A DNA stretch of 64,000 nt from Eledone cirrhosa (GCA_964016885.1 OZ024740.1:224688001-224752000), one strand, 5' to 3'; positions 1-13,012 are shown, numbered from the stretch's first letter. Notes: generated by a model from the letters alone, not told the origin. A program made the numbers and translations.

Positions 1-725
1 CCTGTACCCATCTTTCTTTACCATTTGTTTGGCATTTTCTAAATCTTCTTGAGTTACCGTGAACGCTTCGAATTGTTTTGCTACGATGGCGAAACTGAGG
101 GTCGGTTTTATAATGTCATTGTTGTTGTTGTTGCTATCGTTAATATTAATTTTATTTTCAGTTGTGGTGGTGGTGACGTCAGTCGTCTTTGGTGGGGAAG
201 AGTCCATTTTGCTTGATTTCATTTCGACGTCACGAGTTAATTTATTTTTTTCTTCTTTTGTTTCTGTTGTCGCGGTGGTGGTGGTGGTGGTGGTTGTCGC
301 GGTGGTGGTGGTGGTGGTGGAGGGTTTAACACCTGCAGTCATTGGTAATGGCGGGAAATGAATGTCTGCCTGAGACAAATTTAAAATATTGCTACTGCTT
401 ATATTTTTTTTTTTTGTGTTGGCAAACGTAGTAACATTTACAATGGTGGTGTCGGTGTGAGGTGTTATTTTGTGAGGAAGGCTTTCAGCTGCTTCGTGCA
501 GAGGGGAATTAGCCATTTCTTTTCAAAGAAATTTTTGGATAATAATAAAAGTTAAAATTTTGGGCACAAGGCCCCAATCTTTTTGGGTGTCCTTTTCGGA
601 AAACAATGTATGTGTGCTTATAAACAGTTTACAATAAAATTTTCCATAAATGGCAATTTTTAAACAAAGGGAAATAACAAACCTTTGCGGAGCTCACGAT
701 AATACGATTTCCTACGTAGGTCGCC
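1..725 (-). mobile_element. 5' end (5' UTR + start of ORF1) of a Tx1/L1-like non-LTR retrotransposon running off the window start
   Basis: Minus-strand translation near 1-90 (IVAKQFEAFTVTQEDLENAKQMVRKMG) aligns with ORF1 of the 2376-8286 element (IARNLETILITNEELEEAKKMVTKTG). The 5' UTRs share a ttgggcacaa motif. The element starts directly at an (AAT)n tract. Confidence 0.65.
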
Positions 726-753
726 AATAATAATAATAATAATAATAATAATA
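726..753. repeat. (AAT)n microsatellite, junction between retroelements
   Basis: Seen directly. Confidence 0.95.
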
Positions 754-2351
754 GAGTTTGGACTGGATAAATGCGCCAAAGCAACGTTCACCAGAGGAAA
801 GCTGCTGAAGAGTTCAGACATTAATCTTGATCGGCCGAACGTGATAAGAGAGCTTGATCAAGAAAAAACTTACAAATATCTAGGTGTTTGTGAAGGAGAC
901 GGAATCAAGCACTCGACAATGAGGGAAAGGATAAGGAAGGAATGTTACCGCAGAGTCAGAGCAATCTTAAGAACGGAATTGAATGCAAGGAATAGGATCG
1001 ATGCCATAAACACGCTTGCCATACCAGTAGTAACCTACAGTTACAATGTCATCAACTGGTCAAGCACAGAGGTCCGTAGGCTCGATACAAAAATCCGAAA
1101 ATTCTTAACCATGCACAGAATGCATCACCCTAAGGCAGACATAGATAGAATATATCTCCCTAGGAAAGAAGGTGGACGTGGGTTAATCCAGTTAGACATT
1201 GCGTTGAAAACTGCAACAATTGGATTATCCACATATCTAAGGGAATCACATGATTGGATGATCAAACTCGTTTTGAAACACGAAAGCACCAACAGATCAT
1301 ATTCCATTACAAAAGATGCACAAAGATACAGTAATGGACTACACATTTCAGAAGTCCCATTTACTGCTGAAATGGAAAACACAGAAAAAGCAAAGCAGGT
1401 AAAAGTAACTGCAAAGAAAGAACTGCTACAGAAACTGGCTAAGAAATGGCAAGAAAAGCCTCTGTATGGAAAATACCCAGAGCGAGCTAACAATCCTGAT
1501 GTTGACAAAACTTTAACCCATCAGTGGTTGGCATCCTCTGGACTGAAATCGGAGACTGAAGGACTGATTATATCGGCACAAGATCAGTGTCTGCCAACAA
1601 AAAATTACCAACCCAACATAATAAAAAATGGGTGCAGCCCATTATGCCGTGTATGCAAAAAACAACCAGAGACCATTGACCATATAATTTCAATGTGCAG
1701 TCCTATAGCTCCAACCGAATACCTAAACAGGCATGACAGAGCTGCACAATACATACATTGGATAATGTGTAAGCATTTTGACATGCCCCATCAAAAGAAT
1801 TGGTGGGAGCATCAACCACCTCCCATACTTGAAAAAGATCACATCTCAATCTTGTGGAACTTTAGCATCCACACAGACCGAAAAATAGATGCAAATAGAC
1901 CTGATATAATATTGAAGGACTTTCAAAGGAGGGTATGCCTGCTAATTGATATGTCTGTTCCAATAGACAAGAATGTATCTATAAAAACATTTGAAAAATT
2001 GAGCAAGTATAAGGACCTGGAGATAGAAATTGGAAAAATGTGGAAATTGAGAACTAAAACAATACCAGTGGTTGTAGGCGCTCTGGGAATGATACGTAAG
2101 GGGTCTAACGACTACTTATCGCAAATCCCAGGAAACCCGCGTATAGGAGAAATACAAAAGATAGTACTAATGGGAACTGCCCATATACTAAGGAAGATCC
2201 TGTCAATATAAGTACATCACAAGTCTGAACACTAAGGATGCATGTGTGAATATGTATGTTCTTTCTTGAACATGGCGGACCTTGTTGTCTCTTGAGGTCA
2301 CTGGTTGTGACTTGGTGATAACTCGTATGAACATAAAGCAAGATAAATGCA
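754..2351 (+). mobile_element. 5'-truncated R4/Dong-like RLE non-LTR retrotransposon (end of RT, thumb, CCHC knuckle, restriction-like endonuclease, short 3' UTR)
   Basis: ORF 841-2211 has YKYLG, RIYLPRKEGGRGL, CRVCKKQPETIDHIISMC, RHD and RPDIIL...IDMSVP...EKLSKYKDL. Flanked by (AAT)n on both sides. Confidence 0.9.
841..2211 (+). CDS. C-terminal part of R4/Dong-like RT-RLE polyprotein (open frame, coding similarity starts at about 755)
   Basis: 456-aa uninterrupted ORF with zinc knuckle and PD-(D/E)XK motifs. The N-terminus and most of the RT are missing. Confidence 0.8.
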   Translation: MIRELDQEKTYKYLGVCEGDGIKHSTMRERIRKECYRRVRAILRTELNARNRIDAINTLAIPVVTYSYNVINWSSTEVRRLDTKIRKFLTMHRMHHPKADIDRIYLPRKEGGRGLIQLDIALKTATIGLSTYLRESHDWMIKLVLKHESTNRSYSITKDAQRYSNGLHISEVPFTAEMENTEKAKQVKVTAKKELLQKLAKKWQEKPLYGKYPERANNPDVDKTLTHQWLASSGLKSETEGLIISAQDQCLPTKNYQPNIIKNGCSPLCRVCKKQPETIDHIISMCSPIAPTEYLNRHDRAAQYIHWIMCKHFDMPHQKNWWEHQPPPILEKDHISILWNFSIHTDRKIDANRPDIILKDFQRRVCLLIDMSVPIDKNVSIKTFEKLSKYKDLEIEIGKMWKLRTKTIPVVVGALGMIRKGSNDYLSQIPGNPRIGEIQKIVLMGTAHILRKILSI

Positions 2352-2375
2352 AATAATAATAATAATAATAATAAT
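2352..2375. repeat. (AAT)n microsatellite, junction between retroelements
   Basis: Seen directly. Confidence 0.95.
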
Positions 2376-2619
2376 GTTTTCTTTCTTAACCACAAGGGTT
2401 TACATAAAGTACACATTAAGGACAGTACAGGACAATACAGGACGGTACAAATGGGCATTTCTGCGTGTAACAAAAACAGAAGATGTAATAAAATAACAAA
2501 GAAAGATTCCCCAATAGGGGGGAGACTTCCGAGGGACATTTGTGGAGAAAGCCCATTAAACGACCACAGTGACCCTGACTACCAGGGCAAGTGCCCTCTC
2601 CCAGTTTTCCACCTTTAAT

Positions 2620-5600
2620 TTACAGACACATACTCAGACTATGCCCATTCACTCGGGCCATACTTGCCTCTCTCACCCATCTTTCAACAAAATGCTGGGA
2701 AGAGAGCACTTCCCTCTCTACCCTAATTTTCCTTTTCAAATGAAATTTGAAAAAGTTAATCAGGGCATCACCGAAGAGGTAAGTGCTCGTCTTCAGCCCT
2801 TTCAGACGTGTCCACCATACTATCTCTTTCGCCATGGCGACCAGACAGATAAAAACTGCCTGCCCTTCCCGGCTAAAGGAAGAGGGCGGGGTAATCCTCA
2901 CGATGGACTGAGCTGATAGCTGGATCTGTCCTACACGTGATAGCAGGTGTTCGACATATACCCACAAGTCAGCAATTGTCGGACACTGGACGAGTGCGTG
3001 CAGGACGGTTTCGTCGCCCTGCGCGCATCTCGGACATGCCCGGCTGACGCCACCTCCATGCCTGTAGAGTTTATCCCGAACTAGCAGGGTCCTCGGTAGC
3101 ACTGCCAGGCCAGAGATTTCTGGTAGTTGTCCATAGGCCTAGGCCCGAAAGTTCTTCCGAAGAGATTGGCTAGTTGATTTTCGTCGACGCCTAGAGTTTC
3201 CGCAAGTACGTCATCGCTCTTCCCCTCCACTAATCCTCTATAGAACGCCGAGGTGGAGTTTCCACCGATCACATTGCCCGATTGGTCGAGGGCTGTGAGC
3301 GCCTGAAGACATTCCAGTCTCCAGGCGCTCCCTCTCGGTCTTCGCTTGACTCAGGACTGCAGCTCCGTCAAGGAAACGAGCTGGGGAAATACGTGTCTAG
3401 CAAACGGCGACCACACCTGATCACCGTCGAGGAAGAGGTGGAGATGTCGTAGCCTGAGCGCGTGCCTGCGCATCATCAGCCACGGCATACCCAGCCCTCC
3501 ACGTAGCGGGTGTTGACAACAGATGGACCGCCTGACCATCGGAGCGCGTCCCTTCCACAAAAAGCGAATTAGCAAACGCTCCAGCGCAGTCAGGTGAGGC
3601 TTAGGACAAGGTACGACGGTCAGGCGGTAGCAGATGACAGACGCGATGTACGCGTTAGCGACCTCCGCTCGACCTTTCAGGGATAGCTTCTTCTCCGCCC
3701 ATTTCTGGGTGAGAGAAGCCACCCTGCTCGTCACCTCGTCCCAGCTTTTGTCCGTCTGGAGGTCCGGACCGAACCAGACCCCTAGCAATTTAACCGGTCC
3801 GTCCGTCCAGCGTCCAACGACGCTGTTGGACGGCATGGAACTGCCTCTCCAGGTGCCGAGCTGCAGCACCACTGACTTTTCCTGGTTGATCATTGCTCCT
3901 GTCACCGCTTCGTATTCTCTTAGTGTAGTGCCGATCGCCTCGACATGTTTGGCGTTCGACACCACTACGGTGACATCGTCCGCATATGCTGACACGGATC
4001 TTCCGCATCCTAGTTCGCACGGGACGCCCCTCAACGTCTCCAGTTTGTGCAGTAATGGCTCGAGAGTCAATACGTACAAGAGGGACGAGAGGGGACATCC
4101 TTGGCGGACCGATCGCATGATGTTGAACGGTTCCGACAGGTTACCGTTCACTCTCACCACAGAGCAGGTATCGCTGTGCATGGCATCGATCCAGCCTCTG
4201 AAGACGGGCCCAAAGACAGCCGCCCTCAGGACTGCCGCTAGGTAGCGATGGTCGACCCTATCTAAAGCTTTCGACTGATCTAAATTGATCAAGGACCCAC
4301 CCGTGCCAGGTTCCCTAGCTACCCTCTCTACGATGTATCGCATGAGGTGGAGGTTGTCGTGGATGGATCTGTTGGGAATGGCGCATGTCTGCGCCTCTCC
4401 CACCAGACCACCAACGACAAGCGCCAACCTCTTTGCTAGCACCTTGGCCAAAATCTTGAACTCTGTGTTTAGCAGAGTTATGGGCCGGAAATTATCTATG
4501 TTATCCCCCTTGTTCGGATCCTTTCTCAGCAGTGCCACCGCTCCTCGGCTCACAGAACTGGGAATTCTCCCGTTCTGTTGCCAGTAGACGTCTGCCAAGA
4601 GGCCTCCGAACAAGTCTGACATCTGTACGTAAAGTTCATAGGGCAGACCATCCAAACCAGACGATTTACCCCTTGTGCAGCCAGTCACTGCCTCCCTTAC
4701 TTCAGCGGCTGTTATCGGCTTTTCGCAACACTTGGCCTCAGTGGCCGAGAGCCGCGGCAGTCCGTCGAGGTAGACACTAAAGTCCATCCCTCGACTCGGC
4801 CCACCGCTTCCCCCGAACAGCTGAGCGAAGTGTCGCTGAGAAGCTTCACACATTTGCCCGGGATCGAGTAGCATGCGCCCGTCGTGGTCCAGCAAAGACC
4901 AGATCGTGGCTTTGTTGCCACGACGCGCCTCCACCACCCGGGCCCATTGAACGGCTTTCGTCCCCTCGTGTCTGAGAGCACGCACTCTTGCTCTGACAAC
5001 GCAGCCTTCAAGGGCCAATTTCGCCGCAAGCACGTCGGTCGCAATGCCTTTGCTAAGCGCCTCGTCTAATTGTCTAACTAGTTCTCCCTCTGCTCTATTT
5101 TTCTCTATTGCTAAAGCCATACTAAACCTAATCGATTCTATTCTAATCGCTCTTTCCAGAGCAAACCACCACTTGTTGTTTACGATGGCCCCCGTCAACG
5201 CCCGCTTAACTAGTTCGCTAATCCGGTCTCTGTAGGTCTTGCGCGCTGGTAAAGACGCGTTTAGCTTCCAGTAGCCGGGTCCTCGTCTATGAAGCCTATC
5301 TAAATCAAGCACACAGATCACGAATGTGTGGTCCGTGTAGCTGACTATCTTGAATTGTGGACAGCATATGCTATACCTATCTATTTCCCTACAAAATACT
5401 CTATCTCGATATGATCTGGATGACCCTATGCGATCTGTCCAAGTCTACATAGTCACATTCGGGAAATCCAATCGGTACCTGTCAGACAGTTCAAAACGCC
5501 TGAGCAGGTTGGTGAGGCTCTTGCACCTTCCACCCCTATCCGCTAATCCCACACAGTCCCAGCGTGCATCTAAGATCCCGTTCCAGTCGCCCACTAACAC

Positions 5601-6008
5601 TAAAGAGCGGGACGTTCCAAGAAAGGTCTCCAGACGCCGGAAGAAATCAGGCCGCCCTGCTCCTGTCGGGGCATAGACGGCCACTAGCCTGAAAGCTTGC
5701 CCGTCTCCGCTGGTCACGTCTAGCACCACCAACTTACCTTCTGGATCCAGGAAGATGGCCCGTATGGCAAGATCCACACCTCTCCGAAAAAGCACAGCAA
5801 CTCTTCCCACCGATCCAGGACGGCTGGGAGATGCGTACACATCGTAGCCGCCGAAGATCGGTGCGAAGGCCCGTGCTTCGGAGATTCTGGTCTCGCTGAT
5901 GGCCACTACATCTATGTTTAGGGACCTGAGGTCGTTGAGCAGGTGACCCTGCTTCCATGATGACCCCAAGCCACGCGCATTTATGCTGCCTATTCGGAGT
6001 GAGGTCAT
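2620..6008 (-). pseudogene. ORF2 (APE endonuclease + reverse transcriptase + zinc finger) of the Tx1-like element, broken into at least 4 segments
   Basis: ORF-track segments 5445-6329 (true start MTSLRIGSIN at 6008), 3351-5321, 3081-3272 and 2620-3102. Confidence 0.85.
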
Positions 6009-6009
6009 G

Positions 6010-8072
6010 TTTAAAATAGAGTGGAATAGATGGGAAAGACCACTTACCGTAGAGGAAGGATGGTTTTTCCATCTCTTTTCACTTGACCGTCTTGAATCGT
6101 CCCTTCGGCTTGTCTTCGGCTCTTCTATGAGTATGTCCGAATATACTCTCCGGTTGAGAGTCCTTCCTAGGTCTCTGAAATCACCAACTGCGTTGGGGAA
6201 TTTCGTTTTAATGTTTGTGTATTGTTTCTGTGCTATTTTTAGCAGTCTTATGTTAGTTGGCGTTTTGATTGGTGCTGGTATTATGTAGTCGTGCTGTGTA
6301 ATGTCTGTGTGTTCAATTATGTAAGTCATTAGTTTCTTGTTGTGTGTATTTATTGCCGTGCATTTGTTTTTCTGGGGGTGGGGTATGGTTCTGCTATTTT
6401 CTTGTCGGTGTTACTGGGTGTGTGTGTTTTATTGTTGTATTTGCGATGTTGGTGCTTGTGATGGTGGTGGTGTTGAAGGTGTTGTTGTTGTTGGCGGTAG
6501 GGTTGTCGCCGTTGGTGATGCTAGTGGTGATGGTGGTGTTGCTGCTGTGAGTCTCTTTGCCGTAGCCTTTACGCTTTTTTCATTTCTTTCCTCCCTTTCC
6601 GAAGGTGACGATGCGCTGCTTCTGCGTTTGTGCCTTCTTACGACCTTTTGCCATCCCTCTCCCACTTCACACTCCATGTCTGATTCTGTGAGGTCGGGGA
6701 GGGGTACCAGCTCCACTCTTTCACTTGTTGTTGTTGGTGATGTTTGCACTGGAGTTTCTGTTGCAGCTGCATTTGGTATTACTGTTGTTGTTTTTAATAC
6801 TTCCACTGCTGCTGCTGTTTTTGATTTCCCTGGCGTTGGTATGGGTGCCACGGACCTATTGTTCCTGGTTGCCGCTTGTCCTGTTGCTGATAGCCGTGGA
6901 GCCGGTTTCGGAAGGAGGGGGGGGGGTTCTCCTTTCTCAGGGTCTTCTTGTTGTAGAAGGCCCTGAGGTGAGTCTTCAATCCACAGCGAAAGCATTTCGG
7001 GCGTTTGCCCTCAACACTTATGGGCAGTTGAGTGCCGTTATCGAAGTCTATCACATCCGGGATAGCTTCGATGCACTCCTGGTTGGTTTGGATTAGATTA
7101 ACATCTCAATGGAGGTGCCGACCCAATCTTCTCTTACTTTTTTCTGTACTTGCAGTACAGTTGTTTTGTCCTCGATTCCGACGAGGACAGACGCAGCCAG
7201 CCAAGAAGGGGCCATCCCGGGGTGTGGGTGGGGGGTGGGACGTGGGTCAGTTTGACCCTCACAATTTTTTGCCCGCAGTAGGAGGGCACCAACAGCATTT
7301 CCTCGCTCCTTAGGGCCACTAAGGATTGAGCCTTTTCCTCCTGGGATGTGGCAAAAAGCACGTCTACAGTGGCATATTTCTTGCCTGGGGTGATGTGCGT
7401 TTTCCGCTGCCACACAAACCCTAAGGCTTTTTGTATTTGAGCCTCTGTTGTTCTTTCAACCCTACGGGATTTTGTGCTTACTGTACAGTACGTGACCGTA
7501 CATTGCTGTTGGGTTTCGAAAAAATGTTCGGCTGCCTTGCAGATTGCTCGGTGTCCGGTTTTCGTCACCATCTTCTTCGCTTCCTCTAATTCCTCATTTG
7601 TTATGAGGATGGTTTCCAGGTTCCTTGCGATACCTCCAAACGAGATTGGGTTTTCTTTACTGCTGTTGTTGTCGTCAGAGCTGCTGTTACTTTTGTTGTT
7701 GCTGCAGGTACTACTACTACTACCGCCGCCGCCGCCGTTGTTGCTGGTGTTGTTGCTGTTGCTGCTGCTGCTGATTCCCTTGCGGCTGCTACTGTTGTTT
7801 TCCTTGTCACTGTTGCTGCTGCTGCTGTTATTACGGCTGCTACTGCCATTATTCCTGACGTCAGACGAATAAAATGGGTTTTCGTATTTCCCGCACACCT
7901 TTTTCGTCGTGGAGAAATCTTGCACGCTTTGCACGTGCTTTTTCTTTTCTGGCGTCGCTTGCGAAAGAGAAGGGAGGGAGAGAGACAATCTTCTCTCTGC
8001 TGTAGTGACGATTGAGGAAGGAGAAGACGGAATGAGTGGGAGTGACCTATGAAAATTCTTTTTCGTAGCCAT
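6010..8072 (-). pseudogene. ORF1 (gag-like, zinc knuckle, S/N- and T/P-rich low-complexity tracts) of the Tx1-like element, frameshifted
   Basis: Segments 7134-8072, 6794-7054 (EGKRPKCFRCGLKTH), 6429-6995 and a tail to about 6010. Confidence 0.7.
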
Positions 8073-8301
8073 GTTTTTTTTTGTTTAAAATAAATATTGG
8101 GCACAAACCCCAATAAGCGGTTATTTAACCTCGAAGGGCCAAATAACGGGCAGAAAGACCCCCTTTCACGAAGAGGAGGGTGTTTTTGTCTACAAGTTGG
8201 TTAAAGTTTTCAACAATTTACAATTGTTATAGCGGTCAAAATGTACAATACCTTACAGAGCCGAGCCTCCGTCAACCATAGCATTCAATAATAATAATAA
8301 T

Positions 8302-9280
8302 TGCACTCACACCGCTGTTGGCCTTGATTGTTCTGTCAGTATTCAAGGGGAAATCCCAGAAGATTGTCACATTCTCGCCTTATTACTGTTATTGCATCTG
8401 GGTGATGGTTGTACCATTTTCCCTCTGTTTTCTGACCATAATGGTGTATTCTATTTTAGTGACTTTTTCTCTTAATTTCATTAACATTCCAATTTATAAT
8501 ATTGAAACTGTAGGTGACAAGAGAGATTGCAAGCTCTGTTTTCATCACAGCATATACATTCCGGTAGCATTCCTTCTTGATTCTCTCTTTCAAGTTGGTG
8601 TTGTGAATACATTGGCCTTCATTGATCCCTAGATATCCATATGTTTGATTTTATTCTAGTTCCCTAATTACTGTAGTCACATCTATTTCCATTGAATTTG
8701 TGCTTGTCATTCTGCCTTTCTTGAATGTTGCTTTGGCACATTTTTTAAATCCAAACTCCATCACATTATCGCTAAACCTCTTGTCTACCTTCAGCAGTCC
8801 TTCCAGTTCGTTGTCATTTTTGGTATACAGCTTCAAGTTATCCATATAAAACAGGTGATTCATTGTTTTGCTGTCAATTTTGTAGCCATATTTTGTTTTG
8901 ATGAGTTCTAAAGAGAGTGGTGTGAGTGTAATGCATAATATGAGAGGAGAAAATGACCCACCCTGAAAAATACCACAGTTAATACTTATGCTGTTGAAAT
9001 TTATAATCCCATCATTGTTTAGCAATGGTTTGTATTACAGAGAGACATGTTGTATTTCAGGAAGTTTGTTATTATTGGGGAAATATTCAGAACATCCAAA
9101 GTTCTCAAAATCCATGTGTGGGTAAAACTATCGAATGTGTTCTTATAGTCAATCCAAGCAGAATACAATTTCTATAATTTTTATGAGTTTTCCAGAATCA
9201 TGTGGTTAATGAGAAGTTGGTCTTTGCACCTGTAAAACCCATAGTAACAACCTTTCTTCTCAATAGGGAATAGAGGATTT
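8302..9280 (-). mobile_element. Degenerate, internally deleted R4/Dong-like RT/RLE fragment
   Basis: Minus translations KGC..CKDQLLINHMILEN, GIFQGGSFSPL, HLFYMDNLKLY and MEFGFKKCAKATF, then a jump to the RLE region (NVTIFWDFPLNTDRTIKAN). Bounded by (AAT)n 8287-8301 and (TTA)n 9281-9294. Confidence 0.8.
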
Positions 9281-9301
9281 TTATTATTATTATTAAATTA
9301 A

Positions 9302-9515
9302 ACGGCAGTCAATTGGCAATAGCGGTAGAGCGTCAGACAACATTCTTTGCGGCATATATTTATGTCCCTTTATGTTCTGAGCTCAAATCCTGCCGAGGTT
9401 AGCTTGGACTTTCATCCTTATGGAGTAGATACAAAGCACTGTAATGCACTGTGGGTCGATCTAATCAGCTTTCCCATCCCCCAAAATTGTAGGCATTGTG
9501 CCTAAATCAGAAACA
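9302..9515 (+). mobile_element. tRNA-derived SINE (family S1) with (ATT)n tail
   Basis: A-box-like head, B-box-like gagctcaaatcc, body ctttcatcctta..gata..aa..gcactg and end cctaaatcagaaacaattatt. At least 10 related copies in the window. Confidence 0.8.
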
Positions 9516-10093
9516 ATTATTATTATTATTAATATATCTGTGCTGTAATCTTCAATCTACTTTTAATTCTTGGCTGTAAGTATTTTACTGTGATTATGTT
9601 ATGTTACTAATACTTTATCATAAAGTAAGTAAAACATGCCATAAGTTTTCTTTCTATTTATTTATAATATATCAATGCTGATCATTCCTTTTATAACTAT
9701 GAAACTTTCAATCATCTTGATCTTATATCAGATAACACTGCCTGAAAATATGGGCTCTTTTCTATTATATCTATGTATATCCTACACAAATGCAATATTT
9801 GTTATATTCACACACATATGCATAAACATATATATTCACAAACCATAGCAGTCACATATATATTATACACAAGTACACACAAATACAAATAGCAACAATT
9901 ACACATGCTCCAAGTTTTCTGTTTAATATCAAAAGTATGTGAAACTTTGTAAAAATATATTATTTTGCTTTTGATTAAATTTTGATAAAGAAAGAAAATT
10001 TTGGAAAATAGCTTATAGTCTTATAGAAAGATTTTTGAGTAATTGAGGGCTTGATAACAACATTCTCACATTTAAGAAAAAAATTTAAAAATT

Positions 10094-11292
10094 ATACTGC
10101 ATGACAAAATGAAAACGAACTTCTTTTGCAAGAGATAATTAGGGTGATATTATCTATTTTTAGGGTGCCCTTTCTGAATACGAAGTCAGTTTTGTTCCAT
10201 CACATGTAGATCTACAAGGTAACCCCTCTATACCAAATTTACAGAAATGTAATGTAGCATGCAGTATGTCAAGTGTTCCTATTTGTCTTTTATGAATGCA
10301 GTTGATTGTTCTTTTTGTGACAACCTTTAATGAGAGAACTGTAAAAGTAGATATAAAACATATTAGATCATGTTAATGTTTAGAACAATTTTATTTAAAT
10401 ATTGTTTTGGATCTTATTGTGACTTGTATCAAATTGGTAATTGCTCTGTTCACTGTGGACTGCTGTTGATTATTTCTCCACTTCAATTAGCATGACTTCA
10501 AGTTGTGTATGTTGCAATGACCCAGATCACTTTTGTGACATCTGTGGGAAATATGCCTTCAAGGATTGTAGAGGAAACAGCATGACACTAATACAAGCAA
10601 GATACAAGGATTACTTCAAAATGAAACTTCGAGGAGACAAAGATAAATATTTTGCTCCACATATTGTATGCAAAGACTGCAGGGATCAGCTTTCCTTGTG
10701 GTCCAGTGGCAAGCTGAATCAAATGACATTTGCTACTCCAATGACATGACGAGAACAAAGCAACCATTCTACTGATTGCTACTTTTGCATTACTAAAGTT
10801 GAGGGGTTCAATAAGAAACCTGTAAACTCTATAAAGTATTCTAATTTGCCATAAGACCACACCACATTAAGATGAAATTCCTCCTGGGCCAAGCAATCAG
10901 CGAATAAGTGAGTTAGATTATTCCAATGACGAAACTGGATGTGAAGACCAAATGGACAACAAAGATTTTGAAATTCCTCATGCATGCTTTAAAATAAGTA
11001 AAAAACAACTGGATCATTTTGTTCAAACGTTTGAACTTTCTAAGAATGATTATCTGGCTGGAACAATACTCAGATTATTTGATGCCTTAGCCCAAGGAAC
11101 CAAAACAACAGCATACAAGCATCAAGAGAAGAAATTTGTTGGATTTATTGAAACACGTGATGAACTGGGTTTGATTTATTGTAAAACATTAGTTTTATAA
11201 TAGAACTGAGAATTTGCTCTGATGTCTAGACAGATTAGTTGTTATTCATTGATGGCAGTGTTTACAGCTTAAAAGCAGTCATTTTGCATGAG
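10094..11292 (+). mobile_element. 5' part of a decayed Chapaev3-like (CMC superfamily) DNA transposon
   Basis: CCNDPDHFCDICG..YKDYFKMKL.GDKDKYFAPHIVCKDC..F.TPM.REQSNH.TDCYFC and LFIDGSVYSLKAVILH match Chapaev3 transposase motifs as I recall them. Contains stops and frameshifts. Confidence 0.75.
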
Positions 11293-12279
11293 ATGTACGA
11301 GACGTTTCTGAAAAACCAACCACTAATAGCACCACAATGAATGCCTTCCCATTACACACGATGAAGCAATAACAAATGTAAAAACTCAAATTTCATGGCG
11401 AAAGAAAATCTGCCAAACACATTTAAAACTCCTGCCATCCCATCTTTAAGCACTTATATTAGAACAGTCAATGTGACAGAATCGGGAAGCTGAGCAAGAA
11501 ATCTAACATAATCATAGCATCAGGCAAACGCATCACTTTCAATGACATTTTTATAATTCTAGAATAGAAAACACTTTACGTCACTGATACGCATATCTTC
11601 CACACCAAATCACAATTTAAATTCAGTCCACTACACTCAACGACTGTACTATTCACAAACCTAACACGATCACCTTAACAACAAAAATCTCTCATATATA
11701 TCATTCTAGATCACTTCGACACAAGAAAACATGTACCTCTATTATATGTTATCTACTCAAACAAGAATCATCTTAAGGAAAACCAGGAAATGCTTAGCTA
11801 GAAAGTACCTGTGAGACCAAGATTATGTGATGTACATGAACAACACGTAAAAAACTGGCAATTTCATGAATAGATTATCATACGGATTAATCCTTCCACT
11901 CACAATTTTCAACTTATAATATATGTCCGCATATAAACCGGACATACAATGGTGATGTTGAAGATAACCTACAATACCTTCTTACACTTCCATAACACAT
12001 GTATGCATGCGTGCACGCATGAACAAGTGTCTTTATCCTTTTCTCATATTTCTCGCAAACTATTAATGCTTCATCAGTTTCCCCCCTCAACACCTTTTCT
12101 GTTTATCGGCTCAAGAGGAATTGGGAGAAAATATGAAGCATTTCAACCCTGGTGTATGGTCCCAAGAAATGGCATACATAATGGTTGATGAAAAGAATGC
12201 TTTTCTTCCAACGAACCTTTAAAATTCAAATTTTATTGTAATATTTTCTGAAAATGTTGAGAAGATTCTGCAAATTTTA

Positions 12280-13012
12280 TTGAATTAAAATAAGATTACA
12301 AATTGCTCGCAATTCATTCAGAAGGACATTACAAATATAATGTTGATAAATACACCAGAGAGAGAAAAAAAAGAAGAAAAAGGGGAAAGCAAAAACAAAA
12401 ACTGCTATCTATTCACCACCAAATGCGACAATCGGCTGAACATCACATTATAAGGATTAACTAAACACTTTAAGACAAACCAATACGTTCGCAACATTTC
12501 CATGGGTGATGGCGAGGCTAAGGCGCAGAAACAACCAGGTATCCTCGCGGACATCACCTGACACTTCAGTACGGTGAGCCGCCAGAGATGACAATAACTT
12601 CAGTGTCAGTGGCCCAACTCCACCAAACGTCTCGAACGCCACAGCCTGGAAAACATAATTACTGGATAAATACAGGTATTTCCGAATTTTATTTCGTTCG
12701 GCAACGAAACCAGTGACCTCCACATTTATCGCGGCATCCATGATGTGGAAGGGAACAAAAGAGTCACTGACTGTGGCGTCCCAGATGAGACACCTACCTC
12801 TCACCCAGAGACATAGTGTAAGGCCGTCAGGTCTCCTCCCATCACTTCTGGATAATCCAACCGGCTACAGAATTGAGGGGACATTTACCCGAGCCAGGAC
12901 CCGCTTAGTGATCAAGTTTAGCTCTGTGTGGCAGGTGAAACGATCAGCATTCAAGTGGCAGTACAAACCATGTAGATCTGTGGAGTCGAGGAACCAACCA
13001 AATACACAATAG
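12280..13012 (-). mobile_element. 3' fragment of a CRE-like RLE non-LTR retrotransposon (copy 1)
   Basis: LHGLYC..RF.CHT.LN..RRPDGLTL..RGRCLIWDAT..AERNKIRKY..AFETFGG..LSLAITHGN, plus a 3' UTR shared with copy 2. Confidence 0.75.

Larger units (their letters stand above)
2376..8286 (-). mobile_element. Apparently full-length (~5.9 kb) but frameshifted Tx1/L1-clade LINE
   Basis: ORF1 pieces lie at 8072-6010 with a CFRCGLKTH knuckle. ORF2 has an APE (SINARGL, ISETR, VYAP, GDWN), GPGYWKLN, RT (RPITLLN, VRQGCPLS, AYADDV) and a C-terminal CPRC..ETVLHALVQC. (AAT)n at both ends. Confidence 0.9.

Noticed and set aside
59-361. Hydrophobic poly-Val ORF on the + strand resembling a membrane protein
   Set aside because: Antisense of the T/P-rich ORF1 of a Tx1-like element.
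3634-7872. Multiple + strand ORFs over the Tx1-like element
   Set aside because: Antisense shadows of GC-rich coding and low-complexity sequence.
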